This document shows, piece by piece, positions 12,045-25,967 of a stretch of 64,000 bases of DNA. The notes beneath the pieces are model-generated. The model saw only the letters and a list, made by a program, of their open reading frames with translations. It made no database searches and was not told the DNA's origin. A program made the position numbers and the translations under genes. The stretch lies in NCBI GenBank assembly GCA_002104905.1, contig MCFE01000263.1, positions 1-64,000 on the forward strand, written 5' to 3'. The stretch comes from Basidiobolus meristosporus CBS 931.73. Taxonomy: Eukaryota > Fungi > Basidiobolomycota. Positions within the stretch are counted from its first letter, which is position 1; each line of letters starts with the position of its first letter.

Positions 12045-15000
12045 TGTTGAAATTTTGGACTATATGGTCTCATTCTGCACCTAAGAGTTTACCTAACAAT
12101 TCTGGACTAGTCTTGGTCACTGTGGGACCAATTTACAGCTCTAACTTTGCCACTTTCTTCAGATCTATGATCTTATGATTATTCCCCTATAGTCAGGATC
12201 AAATTAGCACTAATACTAACTATTATGTGCTAACCCTGAAGCTGTTACAGAATGCTCCTGAATATTGAGAAACCCTCCTTACTTAGTGTTACAGCTGTAT
12301 TACTTCTACAAAGGTATAATTACTGAGCTTCTTTATTAATAAACAACAGTTCAACTATTATCATTATTTCTAGATAAGTTCCCTATATCCAAATCACTTC
12401 TTAAATTGCAACAGGCTATGAGCCCAAATTGCCTTAATCTATTCTAAAGATGACTTCTACCAGCAAACAGAACAACACAAACATCTTCCCTGTAAAGCAG
12501 AGGTTTGATGGAAAGAACTACAGACTTTGGAGAATCAAGATGCAGATCCACCTTGAGGAAAGGAAGCTTTGGAATATAGTAACAGGAAAAGAAGTTGAGC
12601 CCAAAGGAACAGCAGAAGAAGTGGAGAAGTTTCAAGTGAAGGAGAGAAAGGCCTTTAATGCCATATGTATCAATGTGCAAGATTCCTTCAATAGACAAAT
12701 CCATGCCTCAAATACTGCCAAAGCAGCATGGGAATCCTTAGAGATGATCTTTAGGGCAAAGTTGGTATTAAGCAGGCTACATTTGAAACAAAAGTTCTTC
12801 AACATGAGGAAGAAGCCAGACAATGACATGCTGCACCTCATTACCAAAATGGAGACACTTGCAGAAGAACTTTACAGTATTAATGCTGTTGTAGAAGATG
12901 AAGAAACGATACTCTGTCTGCTTTGCAGCCTACCAGACAAGTATGAGCCACTCATACTTTCTTTTCAAAGCAGAGAAGATAACTTGACTTCAGACTATGT
13001 CAAAGGAAGACTTCTCCATGAAGAACTCAGACATATTGATCAAGCAGATAAAATTGAAGATGATGCTTTATGCAGCTCAGAAAGGCACTCAGAAAAGAAG
13101 GAAAAAAAACAAAACCAAAGAAAACTTGGTTGCTGCACCTATTGTAAAAAGCCAGGACACTGGGCAAGAGAATGCAATAAGAAACAAGCAGACGGTAAAC
13201 AGAAAGTAGAGCAGGCAAACCATATAACTACTGATAAACAGTTATTTGTAGCTGTACAAGAGAGTGCAAGTAACCAAAGTAATGATCGGTAAATTGACTC
13301 TGGAGCATTACAGCATATTTGTAGTATAAAGGAGTAGTTCAGCAACTTAAAACTATTCCTGTAAGAAAGGTTTATCTGCAAAATAACTCTGCTCTAGAAG
13401 CTACCGTAAGTGGGTCTATACAACTAAACATGAGCGATAGCTCAGGGGCAACTACAGCAAGACTCACTGACGTACTCTATGTGCCTGGAATAGCAAAGAA
13501 CTTACTCTCAGTCAGTGAAGCAACTGCTCAGGGACTGAAATTTGTTTTTACTAAGATGAGCTGCTCAATATTGAGTGAGAATGGACAAAAATTAGCTTCA
13601 GGAATCAGAGATCACAATATAAACAAGTTACAATGCAAGATCATTGTATCTGAGTATTATGACACTTATTGATAACAAGGCAAGATATACGTGGGTGTAC
13701 TTCCTCAAAACAAAGGATGAAGCTTTAGAGACATTTAAGCACTTTAATAACATGGCAGAAACACAAACTGGGTGTAAATTGAAGTTACTACAGAGTGACA
13801 ATGGAGGAGAATACTGTTCAAAGGAGTTTGCAAAATACTGCTTGTCTACTGGTGTACTTCAACAGACCACAGTTTCTCATACTCCACAGCAAAATGGAGT
13901 AGCAGAACATGCAAATAGTACAATAGTAGAGATGGGAAGATCTATGCTACATGATAAGGGAATGGACTACATGTTTTGGGCTGAATCTGTTGCTACCACA
14001 GTGTATATCAAGAGCAGATGCCCAACAACAGCACTACGTGATTCTACACCCTTTGAAGCATATACAGGCAAAAAACCAGATTGCCAGCACCTCAAGATCT
14101 TTGGCAGTGATGTTTTTTATCACATCCCAACAAAAAACGCTCAAAGTTAGAACCAAAGAGTAGGAAAGGGATCTTTCTTGGGTATTGTGAAGATACTAAA
14201 GGGTATAGAGTGTATGATGGCCAAATCCAGAAGCTGATCAAGAGCAGGGACATTGAAGTTCAGGAGAATTCAGATCAGAAAGCCACAGAAATCATTGGCC
14301 AGTTGTCGATGATGCAATCAACACTAATGAGCAGGATAGGTACAAAATCCAGCCAGATATGGAAGATACCTCTACAAGTTCCAGATCAGAACACATTATC
14401 CCAGTTAGGAGATCTACCAGAATAAGAAATGCCCCTGGATCTGGGTGGCAGACATCCAATGATCTTGAAGAAGCTTATCTTGCCTTATGTGCCAAACCTC
14501 AGAATCTGGAACAGGCAATGCAAAGTCCAGATGCTACTAAGTTGCAACAAGCCATGTAGGAGGAGTACCACTCACTGATCAAGGCAAAAACGTGGGAACT
14601 GGTAGATTTACCAAATGGGAGAAAGCCAATAGGATATAGATGGGTCTACAAGATCAAGATAACCTCAAATGGTGCCAAGGATAAGTACAAGGCTAGATTG
14701 GTGGCTAAAGGCTATTCTCGGATCCAGGGACTAGATTTTGAGGAAACATTTGCTCTGGTTGCCAAGTTTAACTCCATTAGGACAGTTGTGGCCCTGGCAG
14801 CTGTACACAGTCTAGATCTACACCAAATGAACGTCAAAACAGCCTTTCTAATTGGGGATCTGCAAGAAACTATATATATGGAGCAACCCAAAGGCTTTAC
14901 CAATGCAAAAGTACCCCATAAGGTGTGCAAACTTAGAAATGGTTGTATGGGCTTAAGCAGGCACCTAGAGCATGGTATAACAAGATTGACACACATCTAG

Positions 15001-16438
15001 AGGAAATTGGGTTCTCTTGTAGCACTGCAGATTACAGCATATATGTGAAACAGCTCAAAACGGGTGTGATCATCCTAGTTCTTTATGTGGACAGCCTAAT
15101 TATAGCTTCAAGTGACCAAGAGGCACTTATACAGACAAAGTCAGATCTCTTTAGCAAGTCTGAGATGAAAGATCTTGGAAAATTGAGCTATTTTCTTGGA
15201 ATTGAGATCAAATGAAACATACCTACGCAGAAAATTGTGCTGAATCAGTCTAAGTACATCAGGGACATTCTTAGACGCTTCAGAATGGAAAATTGCAAAC
15301 CTGCAGCTACCCCTATGGACAAGAACCTGAAATTAAGCAAATCTTAGCCAGTTATAGATGAAAACGGCTCAAATATGAACAAAAACTTTCCCTATCAATC
15401 AATGGTTGGTAGCCTAATGTACTTGATGGTGTCTACAGGTACAGATATTGCAGTGGCAGTTGGAATAGCCAGTCAATTCATGCAGAATTATGGATCAGAT
15501 TAAATTGCAGCAGTTAAGCAGATTTTCAGATATCTACAAGGTACCATAAATGTGGTACTGGAATACTTTGGAGCAGCTAATAGGCAAAATTTGATGGTTA
15601 TAGTGATTCAGATTGGGGTAGGAATCTGATTGACAGATGCTCTACCACAGGCTATGTATTTCTCTATGCTGGTGCAGCTATTACTTGGAAGTGCAAGAAA
15701 AAACCAACTGTGGCCCTATCTACAACTGAAGCCAAATATATGGCTGCATGTCAAGCAACTAAGGAGGCTATATGGCTACAAAAATTATTCAAAGACTAGG
15801 GTTTTAACTCAAATGAACCAACATGTATTTACAAGGATAATCAAAGTTGTATTTCATTAGCTAGAAATCCTACTAATCATGCCAGAACTAAGCACATTGA
15901 TATTCAGCATCACTTTGTGAGGGAAGCTGTAGAAAATAACTTAGTAGGGTTAGTGTACTGCCCAACTAACAAAATGGTGGCAGATATATTGACAAAATCA
16001 CTAGCTAGGCCACAATTTAAAAATCTCAGAGAGGAATTAGGATTAAAATATTATTTAGATGAGGGGGAGTGTTGAAATATTGGACTATTTGGAATCATTC
16101 TGCACCTAAGAACTTACTTAACAATTCTGGACTAGTCTTGGTCACTGTGGGACCAATTTACAGCTCTAACTTTGCCACTTTCTTCAGATCTATGATCTTA
16201 TGATTATTCCCCTATAGTCAGGATCAAATTAGCACTAATACTAACTATTATGTGCTAACCCTGAAGCTGTTACAGAATGCTCCTGAATATTGAGAAACCC
16301 TCCTTACTTAGTGTTACAGCTGTATTACTTCTACAAAGGTATAATTACTGAGCTTCTTTATTAATCAACAACAGTTCAACTATTATCATTATTTCTTAAT
16401 AAGTTCCTTATATCCAAATCACTTCTTAAATTGCAACA
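12045..16438 (+). mobile_element. Ty1/copia element (family C2), both LTRs, 5-bp TSD GAGGC, internally deleted and degenerate
   Basis: LTRs 12045-12413 and 16070-16438 (369 bp, 11 mismatches counted); PBS GGCTATGAGCCC; PPT GATGAGGGGGAG; GAGGC on both sides. Confidence 0.95.
12450..13292 (+). CDS. Copia gag (open, 280 aa) with CCHC zinc knuckle; downstream pol is pseudogenised
   Basis: FDGKNYRLW...W gag start and CTYCKKPGHWAREC knuckle. A stop falls just before IDSGA, and pol fragments with stops run to about 16050. Confidence 0.85.
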   Translation: MTSTSKQNNTNIFPVKQRFDGKNYRLWRIKMQIHLEERKLWNIVTGKEVEPKGTAEEVEKFQVKERKAFNAICINVQDSFNRQIHASNTAKAAWESLEMIFRAKLVLSRLHLKQKFFNMRKKPDNDMLHLITKMETLAEELYSINAVVEDEETILCLLCSLPDKYEPLILSFQSREDNLTSDYVKGRLLHEELRHIDQADKIEDDALCSSERHSEKKEKKQNQRKLGCCTYCKKPGHWARECNKKQADGKQKVEQANHITTDKQLFVAVQESASNQSNDR

Positions 16439-18329
16439 GAGGCCAAATGAACCTCTACTTGGCCACAGAGCGTGAAACATAGCTCTGCATCTTCATGAAA
16501 AGCAGTACCTGATTCTTGCCTAAGTAAAGTGGCAATTCTAGGGTGGTATTGTGCACTCTAACTCTGCCATAAAACTGTACCTGATCAATATGGTTGTCCT
16601 ATATACTTATAGTTCTGTTGGCCTACTTGGTCAGCAATTTTCCAAATAATCTATTAAACTGCGCAGTTACTCAATTGGTTCTGGGGTAATATGCCAAAGT
16701 TTTCTAATGTTTGATCTGCTGTGTCTCCAAGTAGGCATCAAATGCATTTGCAATAGAGTTGCCCCTTTATCAGACAACATTTTCCCAGAGCATCCAAACT
16801 CCATCAGGATCTTATGGTATATGAGACTTGGAACTTTTTGTTTACCAGCCACTTGTAATCTCTAGCCACAGGAAATATTGTGGCTTGGTCAATTGCTACT
16901 AAAATCCACAAATTGCTTCTTTTGGCAGTGGGCAGTCTTACAATAAAGTCAATTACACATCTCTCAACTGATCTCTCTGGCTTCAAGGGACAGAGTTCAG
17001 CAATTCAGTGTAGGTAAGCTTGGCTGATTTGCTAACTTGAGCATGCTTTCACTTGCTTCCCATTCACCTGCTTCTTTCTGGATCTCCATGCTCTAGCTTT
17101 GGCCAGGCTGTAGACTTCATCAATTGCTAGATGTATACATTGATTAAATAGCTTATGCATTAAATCTGGGCAAGCAACATAGTGGCAATAGGCAATAAGG
17201 TTTCCATCAACAGTTTGGCAGAGTGTTTTTTCCTTTACTGCACATTTGTTAGCTTCATTCCTGATAATCTTCTTGATATCTTCATTGATCTCATTAGGAA
17301 TGGTTTTTTCCTCCAAGTACATTGGCGGCAAGCTGGGCCAATCTGATTTGTACTATGTATGCCAGTGATTTTTCTCTAAGTGATATAAAGAACCATGTCT
17401 TGCTGCACTTGCTTGTTTCTAAGACACCAGAATTAACAAAGTAGAATTTTAGAGTGGTAGGTAGTAACTCACAAATCTAATTGCCTTTTTGGGTCTGAGT
17501 GGTATTGTGTCTATGTGATTGATGGACTACAGTTGAATTGCCATACTTTTCCAAGCACCACATCAGATTTGCAGCTTTCAGATATCTAGGCCTGTAGTTC
17601 TTCTTCATAATCATTTATCTACATTTTTACTGGCTAATTAAAATGGTTGATCTTGCTAAGAGTTCCCATATGCTGCTTTAATTGAAGATGAACTGATAGG
17701 TTCTGAGTGCATTCCATCTTTGAAGGCCAATTGTTTGTCATGGACTTGAGTGATGCTCCTGAGTCAATAATGCTCCTGGCAGGAACCCCAATAATTACTC
17801 TATTCAGGAATAATAGATTCCTTGGGTTTGAGGTCTTTTGGGATAAGTATTCTTCTGTAGTATTGAAGGGGTATTCTGAGTTGTCCTCAAGTTCATCCTA
17901 AACTCTACTTTGTTCTTAGGCTACAGTATGACTGAAAGTTCTTGTTGACCAATATCCACTTCATCCCTAAGGGTAGATCTTTGAGATGTGCACATACAGG
18001 TGGCAATTGAAGCTAAGTACTTTCTTCTTGCATTGTTCCAAGCTGGGATTCTTCTTCCAAACAGTTACATTTAGGTAGCTTTGTAATGAGTTCAATTACC
18101 ATGTTGCATCTCAATGAACCAACCAGTGAATATGATGTTAATACTCCAACTTTACATTTTACTTCCAACATTGCTCTCTGATACTTTACCACTCTTGCTC
18201 AACCTATAAAAAAGTATTCCTCTTGATCAACTGGGTCCATTGTTTTGCTCAGTCTTAGTGTTATGATCAGGGTAATGAATACAAGGTGCTGCTGGAACCT
18301 CAGCAATAGTCAGAGCAGTTGTAGTGAAT

Positions 18330-18822
18330 AGACTTGTTCTGTTGGATAGTGACACATTGAGCCATGAGTGTCAAATAATTCCATAGTGTGCTAAGGAGGC
18401 CAATTGAGCCAATACTTGATCCCAGAATGTGAAACATAGCTCTGTATCTTCATGTAATGTGGCCCCTGTGTTTCACCCATTGAGCTGGAGAAAATCCATT
18501 TTTTGACCTTTTTATATAAATCAATGTTGTGCAGGATGTGTAAGTGCATAAAAAGATTAAAGATGGGTATTGAATATCAGATGTATTTCTTCAGCTCTTC
18601 TGTGCTCTCACACATCCTGAACTATGTTGATCCCAAAAAAAAAGATCAAAAAATGGATTTTCTCCAGCACAATGAGTGAAGCACAGGGGCTGCTTTGCAT
18701 AAAGGTGAAGAGTCATATTTCACGCTCTGTGGCCAAGTTTAGGTCTGCTATGCCTTCCTGGCATGCAATGGCACTATTTGGCACTAATGGCTCAATGTGG
18801 CACTATCAAATGGAACAAGTCT
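18330..18822. mobile_element. Palindromic element P4 (493 bp), inner hairpin deleted, TSD AAT/AGT
   Basis: AAT|AGACTTG...CAAGTCT|AGT inside a family A LTR whose empty site reads GTG-AAT-ACAATAC. Confidence 0.88.
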
Positions 18823-19646
18823 AGTACCATACTAGTTAAACTGCCTATTTCATCTAAAGCTCTTATACTAAGTCTTGTAACATTAGTAGCAGCAATACTA
18901 GATACTTACCTCCAGAAGCAAGATGCAGCCTCCCTCAAGATGGTAGAAAATGAAGAATGAAAGAACTCTATACATCAAATCCTAGCCAAACAGCAACAGT
19001 TACTCCAGATCCTCAGCCAGCAGCAACAAGGAATGAATACTATGGGCCAGAGCCAGCAAAGCCCTGTCAAGAGTACTAGCAAGGATATATCTCAAAACAC
19101 TGCCCTCTGAAAAGAAATGGACACCAGTCCACAGAAACCATCACCCATATTGAAGCTTTTGAGCATAGTACCCTGTAGGAGGAGATTGAAGAAGACTTAT
19201 ACTCACCTTCCATATGACGGAAGAATACTTATCCCCAATGACCTCAAGCCAAGGGCAAATATTATACCTGAATGGAGTTGTTATGATCTGCCGCTTGAAT
19301 GTTTAAGTTAGATCAGTTTTTAGTCAAATCAGTTAGTATATGTTTAGGTTATCAGTACATCAGTATTATCTATGAAATCAGTAGCATTAGTCAGCAAATG
19401 AATCAGCAGATCCTTATCAGACAGAAATAGATATATTAAGTAGGATCTTATTGGGTGATGATGATGCAATCAAATGAGTCATCAGCCACAACCTACATTA
19501 GGAAATACAATTAGTCAGCAATTGATCTGGCAAAATGTATATAAGGAGCTGCTGGAACCTCAATAAAAATCAGTTCAAGTTTTAGTGAATACAATACTAG
19601 CTAAACTCCCTATTCCTCTACAACTCTTATACCAAGACTTGTAACA

Positions 19647-19658
19647 TTGGTAGCAGCG
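19647..19658 (+). promoter_or_regulatory. Primer-binding site (tRNA 3'-end type, possibly tRNA-iMet)
   Basis: TTGGTAGCAGCG immediately after the 5' LTR. TGG is complementary to CCA; tRNA identity is not confirmed. Confidence 0.6.
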
Positions 19659-19704
19659 ATAACCAGAAACCTCCCTCCTGAAGAAAGAAGAAACCACCCT
19701 CAAG

Positions 19705-22700
19705 ATGTCGGACAATCAAGAATGGAAGAATGCCATGCAGCAAATCCTGGCCCAACAGCAACAGCTACTCCAGATCCTCAGCCAACAGCAACAAGGAATG
19801 ACTACCATGGCTCAGAGCCCGCAAAGCCCTGTCAAGAGCAACTTTAGTGTGAAGGTCAACCGGTACCATGGCAGAGTCAATGAAAACCTGGGAACTTGGC
19901 TCTTTCAGATTGAAGAAGCTTTTAAAGCTAAAGGAATTGCTCCAGAGAGCAAGTTGCATTATACAGCTTCTTACCTGGCAGATGCAGCTTTACAGTGGTA
20001 CCACAACAAGATCAGGTCAGCTACTATGATGGGATGCTCTACAATCTCTACCTGGGATGAGTTTGTGTCGGAAATTCAGGATGCTTTTGAACCTCCACAC
20101 CAGCAGACACTACTAAGAAGGAAGTTAAAGACACTCAGACAGAAAGGAATGGTGCAAGAATACATCTATGAGTACAGATGTCTACTTGGACAAATTGAAA
20201 GAATGGACCCCTTGGATCAAGTTGAATACTTTATTGATGGGTTGAAAGAAAGAACTCGCAAGGAAGTCAATTACCGAAGACCTCAGACTATTGAAGAAGC
20301 CATCAAGATTGCCATTGACTATGACTCAGCTATGTTTGGAGTTGGGAAGCCTACAGTGACTAGTCAGAAAGGCTATAATCATTATGAAAGAAGACAATCA
20401 GAAGCAGTACCAATGGAAATAGACGCTATGCAGAAGAATCCCTCCTCAGAAGAATGCAAGAAGAGAGGACTTTGCTTCAATTGCCACCAGCAGGGACATA
20501 TTGCAAAGTACTGCCCTCAGAGAAGAAATGGACACCAGCCAACAAGAACCTTCAACCATATTGAGTCCCATGAACACAATAATGAGGAAGATGAGCTTGA
20601 AGAAGACTCGGAACTCACCTTCCATATGACAGAAGAGTACTTGTCCCAAATGACTTCAAACTCAGGGAAGTTATTGTACCTGAATGGAGCAATCAATGGA
20701 GTACCTGCCAAGATCATGATTGACTCAGGAGCATCGCATGAGTACATGTCAGAGCAATTTGCTTTGAAAGCTGGAATCAACTCGGAACCTACCAAATCAA
20801 CTTCAGTCTCCACAGCTGATGGGAACTCCCACATAATCAACCGTATCACCCAGCCAGTAAGAATGAAGATCAATGACTATGAAGAAGACCTACAGGCTTA
20901 TATATTTGGGAACTGCAAGTTTGACCTTGTACTTGGGAAAACCTGGCTATTTTGTCGTAATCCATCAATCAACTGGAGAACCCATGCTACTCAGATCCAA
21001 AAAGACAACAAGACCTATGAGCTATTACCTGCCAGGCTGGATTTCAACTTGGTCAATTCCAGTGTGTGTGAGACAAGTGAACTTAGCAAGACCCAGTTCT
21101 GTAGAGCACTTAGAAAAGGTACCCAGATGTTCCTCATGGCGGTATTACAGGAGGATTCCTCTATCCCAGCACCCCAGCAGGTCCAGACTCTCTTGAAGAA
21201 ATACTCAGACGTGTTTCCAGATGAGCTTGTAAGCCTACCACCAGTCAGAGATGTGGATCATGCCATTGACACAGGAGATAGCCCTCCAGTAAGCAAGACA
21301 CCTTACAGAATGAGTCCATTGGAATTGGAGGAAATGAAGAGACAAATTGATCAGCTATTGGAGCAAGGATACATCAGGCCCAGCAAGTCACCCTGGGGAG
21401 CACCAGTGCTTTTTGTGAAAAAGAAGGATGGAACACTTAGGATGTGCATTGACTACAGAGCCCTGAACTCAGTTACCGTCAAGAATAAGTACCCCATACC
21501 TCGGATTGATGAGCTTTTGGACCAACTTAATGGAGCCACTATTTTCAGCAAGATCGACCTCATGTCAGGATACAACCAGATTAGGGTGAAACCAGAAGAT
21601 ATCCCTAAGACAGCATTCAGGACCAGATATGGACATTACGAGTACTTAGTCATGAGTTTTGGCCTCACTAATGCCCCTGCAACATTCATGACGCTGATGC
21701 AGACTGTCTTTCAGGAGTACTTAGACAAGTTTGTGATAATCTACCTGGATGACATATTGATATACAGCAAGACAGAAAAGGATCACATGGTGCACATTGA
21801 AAAGGTCTTGAAGAAACTAAGAGAGAACAAGCTATACGGCAAGCTAGCCAAGTGTGAATTCTTCAAGGAACACGTAGAATATCTGGGACACATAGTGACT
21901 AGCACAGGAGTAACCTTAGACCCCAAGAAGGTGGAAGTAATCAAGAATTTGAAGCAGCCCCATAGCATATCAGAACTCAGATCCTTCCTTGGAATGGTTT
22001 CCTATTATCGGAGATTTGTCAAGTCATTTGCAAGTATTGCAGCCCCTTTAACTGATATCCTCAAGAAAGACAATACCTACAAGTGGGACATAGCTTGTGA
22101 GACTGCCTTCCAGACACTAAAGAATGAACTTGCTAAGCTGCCAAGCTTAAGAATACCAGACTTCAGAAAAGAGTTCACTCTGTGCACAGATGCTTCAGAT
22201 TATGCAATTGGTGGAGTGCTGAGCCAAGAACACGAGGGAAAGGACTACCCTGTTGCCTTTGAATCCAAGAAACTGAACTCAGCAGAACAAAACTATCCAG
22301 TTCATGAGAAGGAGATGCTTGCTATAATACACTGTTTGAAGACATGGAGATGCTATATTGAAGGAGTCAAATGCACTGTGAAGACTGATCATGCCTCCCT
22401 CAAGTATATATTTACTCAGAAGGTACTCTCTAGAAGAATGACAAGATGGAGTGAATACATTCAGCAATTTGACCTGGAGATTGTCTACTGTCCTGGAAAA
22501 AACAACACGGTTGCTGATGCCTTATCAAGATTAGATCAAGTTGCACAACTCAACTTGGTGCATGAATCAGATTGGCCTAGCCTATTACCAAAGTACTTGG
22601 AGGACCAAGCCATTCCTAATGAGGTGGATGAAGATATCAAGAAGATAATCCGTGATGAGGCCGGCAAATTTGTTGTACAGAATGAAACACTCTACCGAAT

Positions 22701-23838
22701 TGTTGATGGAAGCCCTATTGCCTATTGTCCTTATGTTGCTCGCCTGGATTTAATACATAAGCTACACAATGGATATGGACATCTTGGGATTGAAGGAACC
22801 TATAGCCTTGTAAAAGCCAGAGCATGGTGGCCCAGAATGAAACAAGACATTGAGAAGCTAGTAAAAACATGCCCAAACTGCCAAATCAATCAAGGCCAGC
22901 CACAAAGAATTGCCGAACTCTTCCCTTTGGAGCCTGTAAGACCATTTGAGAGATGGGGAATTGACTTTATTGGAAGACTGCCAACTACCAGGAAATGCAA
23001 CCGTTGGATCCTAGTAGCAATTGACCATGCCACTAAATGGCCAGTTGCTAAAGCTGTACCAATAGCCAGTGAACAAGAAGTTGCAAGTTTCATTTACCAT
23101 GAGATCCTGATGAAGTTTGGATGCCCTGTGGAGATCTTATCCGATAGAGGTGCAAACTTTATGGCAAAGACATTAGAGGCTTACCTGGAAATGCAGCAGA
23201 TCAGACACTTGAAAACCTCAGCATATCACCCCAGAACTAATGGAGTCACTGAGCGGTTTAATGGATTATTTGGAAAAATGCTGACCAAGTATGCAAATGG
23301 AGTTGTCAGTAGATGGGATGAGTATATAGACCAAGCACTCTTTGCATGCAGAGTCAGAGTACACAACACCACCCAGCAATCACCATTTTACTTAGTTTAT
23401 GGATGTGAACCAAGGATTCCAGGAGATCTCACACAACCAAAGCTTACAGACACCTTAGAAGATGAACTCAGTCAGCCAAGTAGACACCAGCAACTGGAAC
23501 AAAGACGTCAAGAGGCACAGACCAAAGTATCTCAAAGTGCAGAAAAGATGAAGCAGAGATTTGATAAGACTATAGCACCAGAAGCATTGACAGTTGGGAA
23601 CTTTGTATTGCTAAGAAACAACACTCGGAAGAAGTTTGAGCCACAATGGACAGGACCATTCAAGATCATCAGAGAATGTCCATTTGCAACTTACCAACTG
23701 GTGGACAAGCAAGGTAATATCCGGGAAGACTTAGTGCATAGGGACAGACTCAAGCTTGCAAGACTTGCTGATAATACTGAACCATCAAGATATTGGTATC
23801 ACAAGAAAAGAGATTCAGGAGAACCCTCTCAACTTTAG
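19705..23838 (+). CDS. Gag-Pol polyprotein, 1377 aa, single frame
   Basis: Retrotransposon gag, [25 protein letters not shown] protease, YLDD RT, TDAS RNase H, HHCC, D,D35E integrase, GPF motif. No chromodomain recognised. Confidence 0.97.
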   Translation: MSDNQEWKNAMQQILAQQQQLLQILSQQQQGMTTMAQSPQSPVKSNFSVKVNRYHGRVNENLGTWLFQIEEAFKAKGIAPESKLHYTASYLADAALQWYHNKIRSATMMGCSTISTWDEFVSEIQDAFEPPHQQTLLRRKLKTLRQKGMVQEYIYEYRCLLGQIERMDPLDQVEYFIDGLKERTRKEVNYRRPQTIEEAIKIAIDYDSAMFGVGKPTVTSQKGYNHYERRQSEAVPMEIDAMQKNPSSEECKKRGLCFNCHQQGHIAKYCPQRRNGHQPTRTFNHIESHEHNNEEDELEEDSELTFHMTEEYLSQMTSNSGKLLYLNGAINGVPAKIMIDSGASHEYMSEQFALKAGINSEPTKSTSVSTADGNSHIINRITQPVRMKINDYEEDLQAYIFGNCKFDLVLGKTWLFCRNPSINWRTHATQIQKDNKTYELLPARLDFNLVNSSVCETSELSKTQFCRALRKGTQMFLMAVLQEDSSIPAPQQVQTLLKKYSDVFPDELVSLPPVRDVDHAIDTGDSPPVSKTPYRMSPLELEEMKRQIDQLLEQGYIRPSKSPWGAPVLFVKKKDGTLRMCIDYRALNSVTVKNKYPIPRIDELLDQLNGATIFSKIDLMSGYNQIRVKPEDIPKTAFRTRYGHYEYLVMSFGLTNAPATFMTLMQTVFQEYLDKFVIIYLDDILIYSKTEKDHMVHIEKVLKKLRENKLYGKLAKCEFFKEHVEYLGHIVTSTGVTLDPKKVEVIKNLKQPHSISELRSFLGMVSYYRRFVKSFASIAAPLTDILKKDNTYKWDIACETAFQTLKNELAKLPSLRIPDFRKEFTLCTDASDYAIGGVLSQEHEGKDYPVAFESKKLNSAEQNYPVHEKEMLAIIHCLKTWRCYIEGVKCTVKTDHASLKYIFTQKVLSRRMTRWSEYIQQFDLEIVYCPGKNNTVADALSRLDQVAQLNLVHESDWPSLLPKYLEDQAIPNEVDEDIKKIIRDEAGKFVVQNETLYRIVDGSPIAYCPYVARLDLIHKLHNGYGHLGIEGTYSLVKARAWWPRMKQDIEKLVKTCPNCQINQGQPQRIAELFPLEPVRPFERWGIDFIGRLPTTRKCNRWILVAIDHATKWPVAKAVPIASEQEVASFIYHEILMKFGCPVEILSDRGANFMAKTLEAYLEMQQIRHLKTSAYHPRTNGVTERFNGLFGKMLTKYANGVVSRWDEYIDQALFACRVRVHNTTQQSPFYLVYGCEPRIPGDLTQPKLTDTLEDELSQPSRHQQLEQRRQEAQTKVSQSAEKMKQRFDKTIAPEALTVGNFVLLRNNTRKKFEPQWTGPFKIIRECPFATYQLVDKQGNIREDLVHRDRLKLARLADNTEPSRYWYHKKRDSGEPSQL

Positions 23839-25612
23839 TAGGGGAGAATGTTATGATCTGCCGCTTGAATGTTTAAGTTAGATCAGTTTTTAGTCAAATC
23901 AGTTAGTATATGTTTAGGTTATCAGTACATCAGTATTATCTATGAAATCAGTAGCATTAGTCAGCAAATGAATCAGCAGATCCTTATCAGACAGAAATAG
24001 ATATATTAAGTAGGATCTTATTGGGTGATGATGATGCAATCAAATGAGTCATCAGCCACAACCTACATTAGGAAATACAATTAGTCAGCAATTGATCTGG
24101 CAAAATGTATATAAGGAGCTGCTGGAACCTCAATAAAAATCAGTTCAAGTTTTAGTGAATACAATACTAGCTAAACTCCCTATTCCTCTACAACTCTTAT
24201 ACCAAGACTTGTAACAGAGTAGACATTGGAGTTCCTGCCAAGAATGTAATTGACTCACAAGCATCACTCAATACATGTTGGAACAATTTCTCTTGAAAGC
24301 TAAACTCTACTTGGAACTTACCAATTCAACTTCAATTTCAACAGTGTTTATGAACTCTGAGTAAAAGCTACCATAGTAATCAGCTAGTAAGAATAAGGAT
24401 TGATGACTATGAGGAATACTTACAGGCCTTCATATATGGAAACTCCAAATATGACCTAATACTTGAGAAAACGTGGCTATCTTACCATATTCCAATGATC
24501 AACTGGAGAACCTGTGTCATCCAGATTCAAAAGAACAACCAGACCTATGAGCTACTATCAGCCAGGCTGGACTTATACTCATTTAATTTCAGCATGTGGA
24601 CACAAGTGAGCTTAGCAAGACATGGTTCTGTAGAGCATTAAGAAAAGGTGCACAGATGTTTTTTATGGTGGTATTGCTGGACAAATTCCCTACTCCAGTT
24701 CCCCAGATAGTCCAGACTCTTCTGCATGCACATTTGGATATGTTTACAGCTAAGCTTGTAAGTCTACCACCAGTGAGAGCCATGGATCATGCCATTGACA
24801 CAGGAGCCAGCCCCACAGTGAGCAAGACACCTTACAAGATGACTCCATGTGAATGAAGCAAAGAAGAGAAAATTTGATCCACCATAGGGGCAAGGATACA
24901 TCAGGATCAGCAAGTCACCTTGGGTGCACCAGTGCTCTTTATGAAAAAAATAGATAGAACACTTAGGATGTGTACTGACTACAAAGCCCTTAAGTTGGTT
25001 GCTATGAAGAATAAGTATTGTGCATTGTGGGCTGGTAAGCTTTTGGACCAACTCAATGGGGCTATCACATTTAGCAAGATTGTCCTCATGTCAGGATGCA
25101 ACCATATAGGGGTGAAACTGGACAACATCCCTAAGCCAGCATTCTGTACCAGAAATTAATATTTCAAGTTCATAGTCATAAGTGTTGGCTTCACCAATGC
25201 CCCTGCAACATATTGGACCTTGAAGTTAACTGTCTTATGGCATAACTTAGACAGGTATGGGGTAATCTACCTAGATGACATATTCATATACAGCAAGAGA
25301 GCACAGAACTACTGGTGCACATTGAAAAGGTGCTGAAGAAGCTCAGAGAGAACAAGCTACATAGCAAGCTAGCAAAGTGTGAGCTCTTCAAAAAACCTGT
25401 TGAATAATGGGGACACATAATGAACAGCACAGGAGTGAGCTTACATCTAAAGAGAGTGAAAGTTATCAAGAATCTGAGGCAGCCCCATTGCATTTCAAAC
25501 CACATATCATTTCTTGGAATAGTTTCCTGTTGTTGGAGATTTGTCAAGTACTTTGCAAATTTTGCCACCCTTTTGAATAATTTTTCAAGAAAGGCAACAC
25601 CTTGAAGTGGGT

Positions 25613-25967
25613 TGTTACAAGTCTTGATATAGGAGTTGTAGAGGAATAGGGAGTATATCTATCAGTATATTTACTAAAACTTAAACAACTTTTATTAATG
25701 TTCCAGTAGCTCCTTATTTACATTTTGCCAGGTCAATTGCTGACTGATTGTACTTCCTAATGTAGGTTGTGGCTGAGAACTCATTGGATTGCATCATTTT
25801 CATCCAATTAAAGCCCAATTGATATATCCATATCTGTCCCCTAATGATCTGCTGATTGATACTACTGATTTGATAGATAACATTGATATACCATTAGGTT
25901 AATATAAAACTAATTAATTGCACTATAAACTGATCTAATTCAGGCAATTCAGCATTAGATCATAACT
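25613..25967 (-). repeat. Degenerate solo LTR of family A
   Basis: TGTTACAAGTCTTG...GATCATAAC, the reverse complement of the family A LTR. Old pol resumes collinearly after it. Confidence 0.85.

Larger units (their letters stand above)
11974..16505. mobile_element. Palindromic element fragment P3 (left arm only), split by copia C2 at 12045-16438
   Basis: Arm sequence ...GTGTGCCAGG-GAGGC at 11974-12044 continues after the copia as GAGGC-CAAATGAACC to about 16505. Confidence 0.8.
11372..18270 (-). mobile_element. Old, deleted Ty3 family A element (3' LTR part 11372-11612, PPT, integrase to gag fragments), split by P3 and copia C2
   Basis: Reverse-complement homology to the intact element: LTR, AGTAGGGAAGAG PPT, integrase C-terminus, RWGIDF-like and SDKGA segments, protease and gag pieces. 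Confidence 0.8.
19279..24216 (+). mobile_element. Intact full-length Ty3/gypsy retrotransposon (family A, 4938 bp), 4-bp TSD GAGT
   Basis: 368-bp LTRs 19279-19646 and 23849-24216, no differences seen by eye; PBS TGGTAGCAGCG; PPT AGTAGGGGAGAA; GAGT on both flanks. Confidence 0.97.

Noticed and set aside
23580-23838. Chromodomain or env-like ORF in the intact Ty3
   Set aside because: The ORF ends about 60 aa after the GPF motif with no aromatic-cage pattern, and the PPT follows the stop directly.
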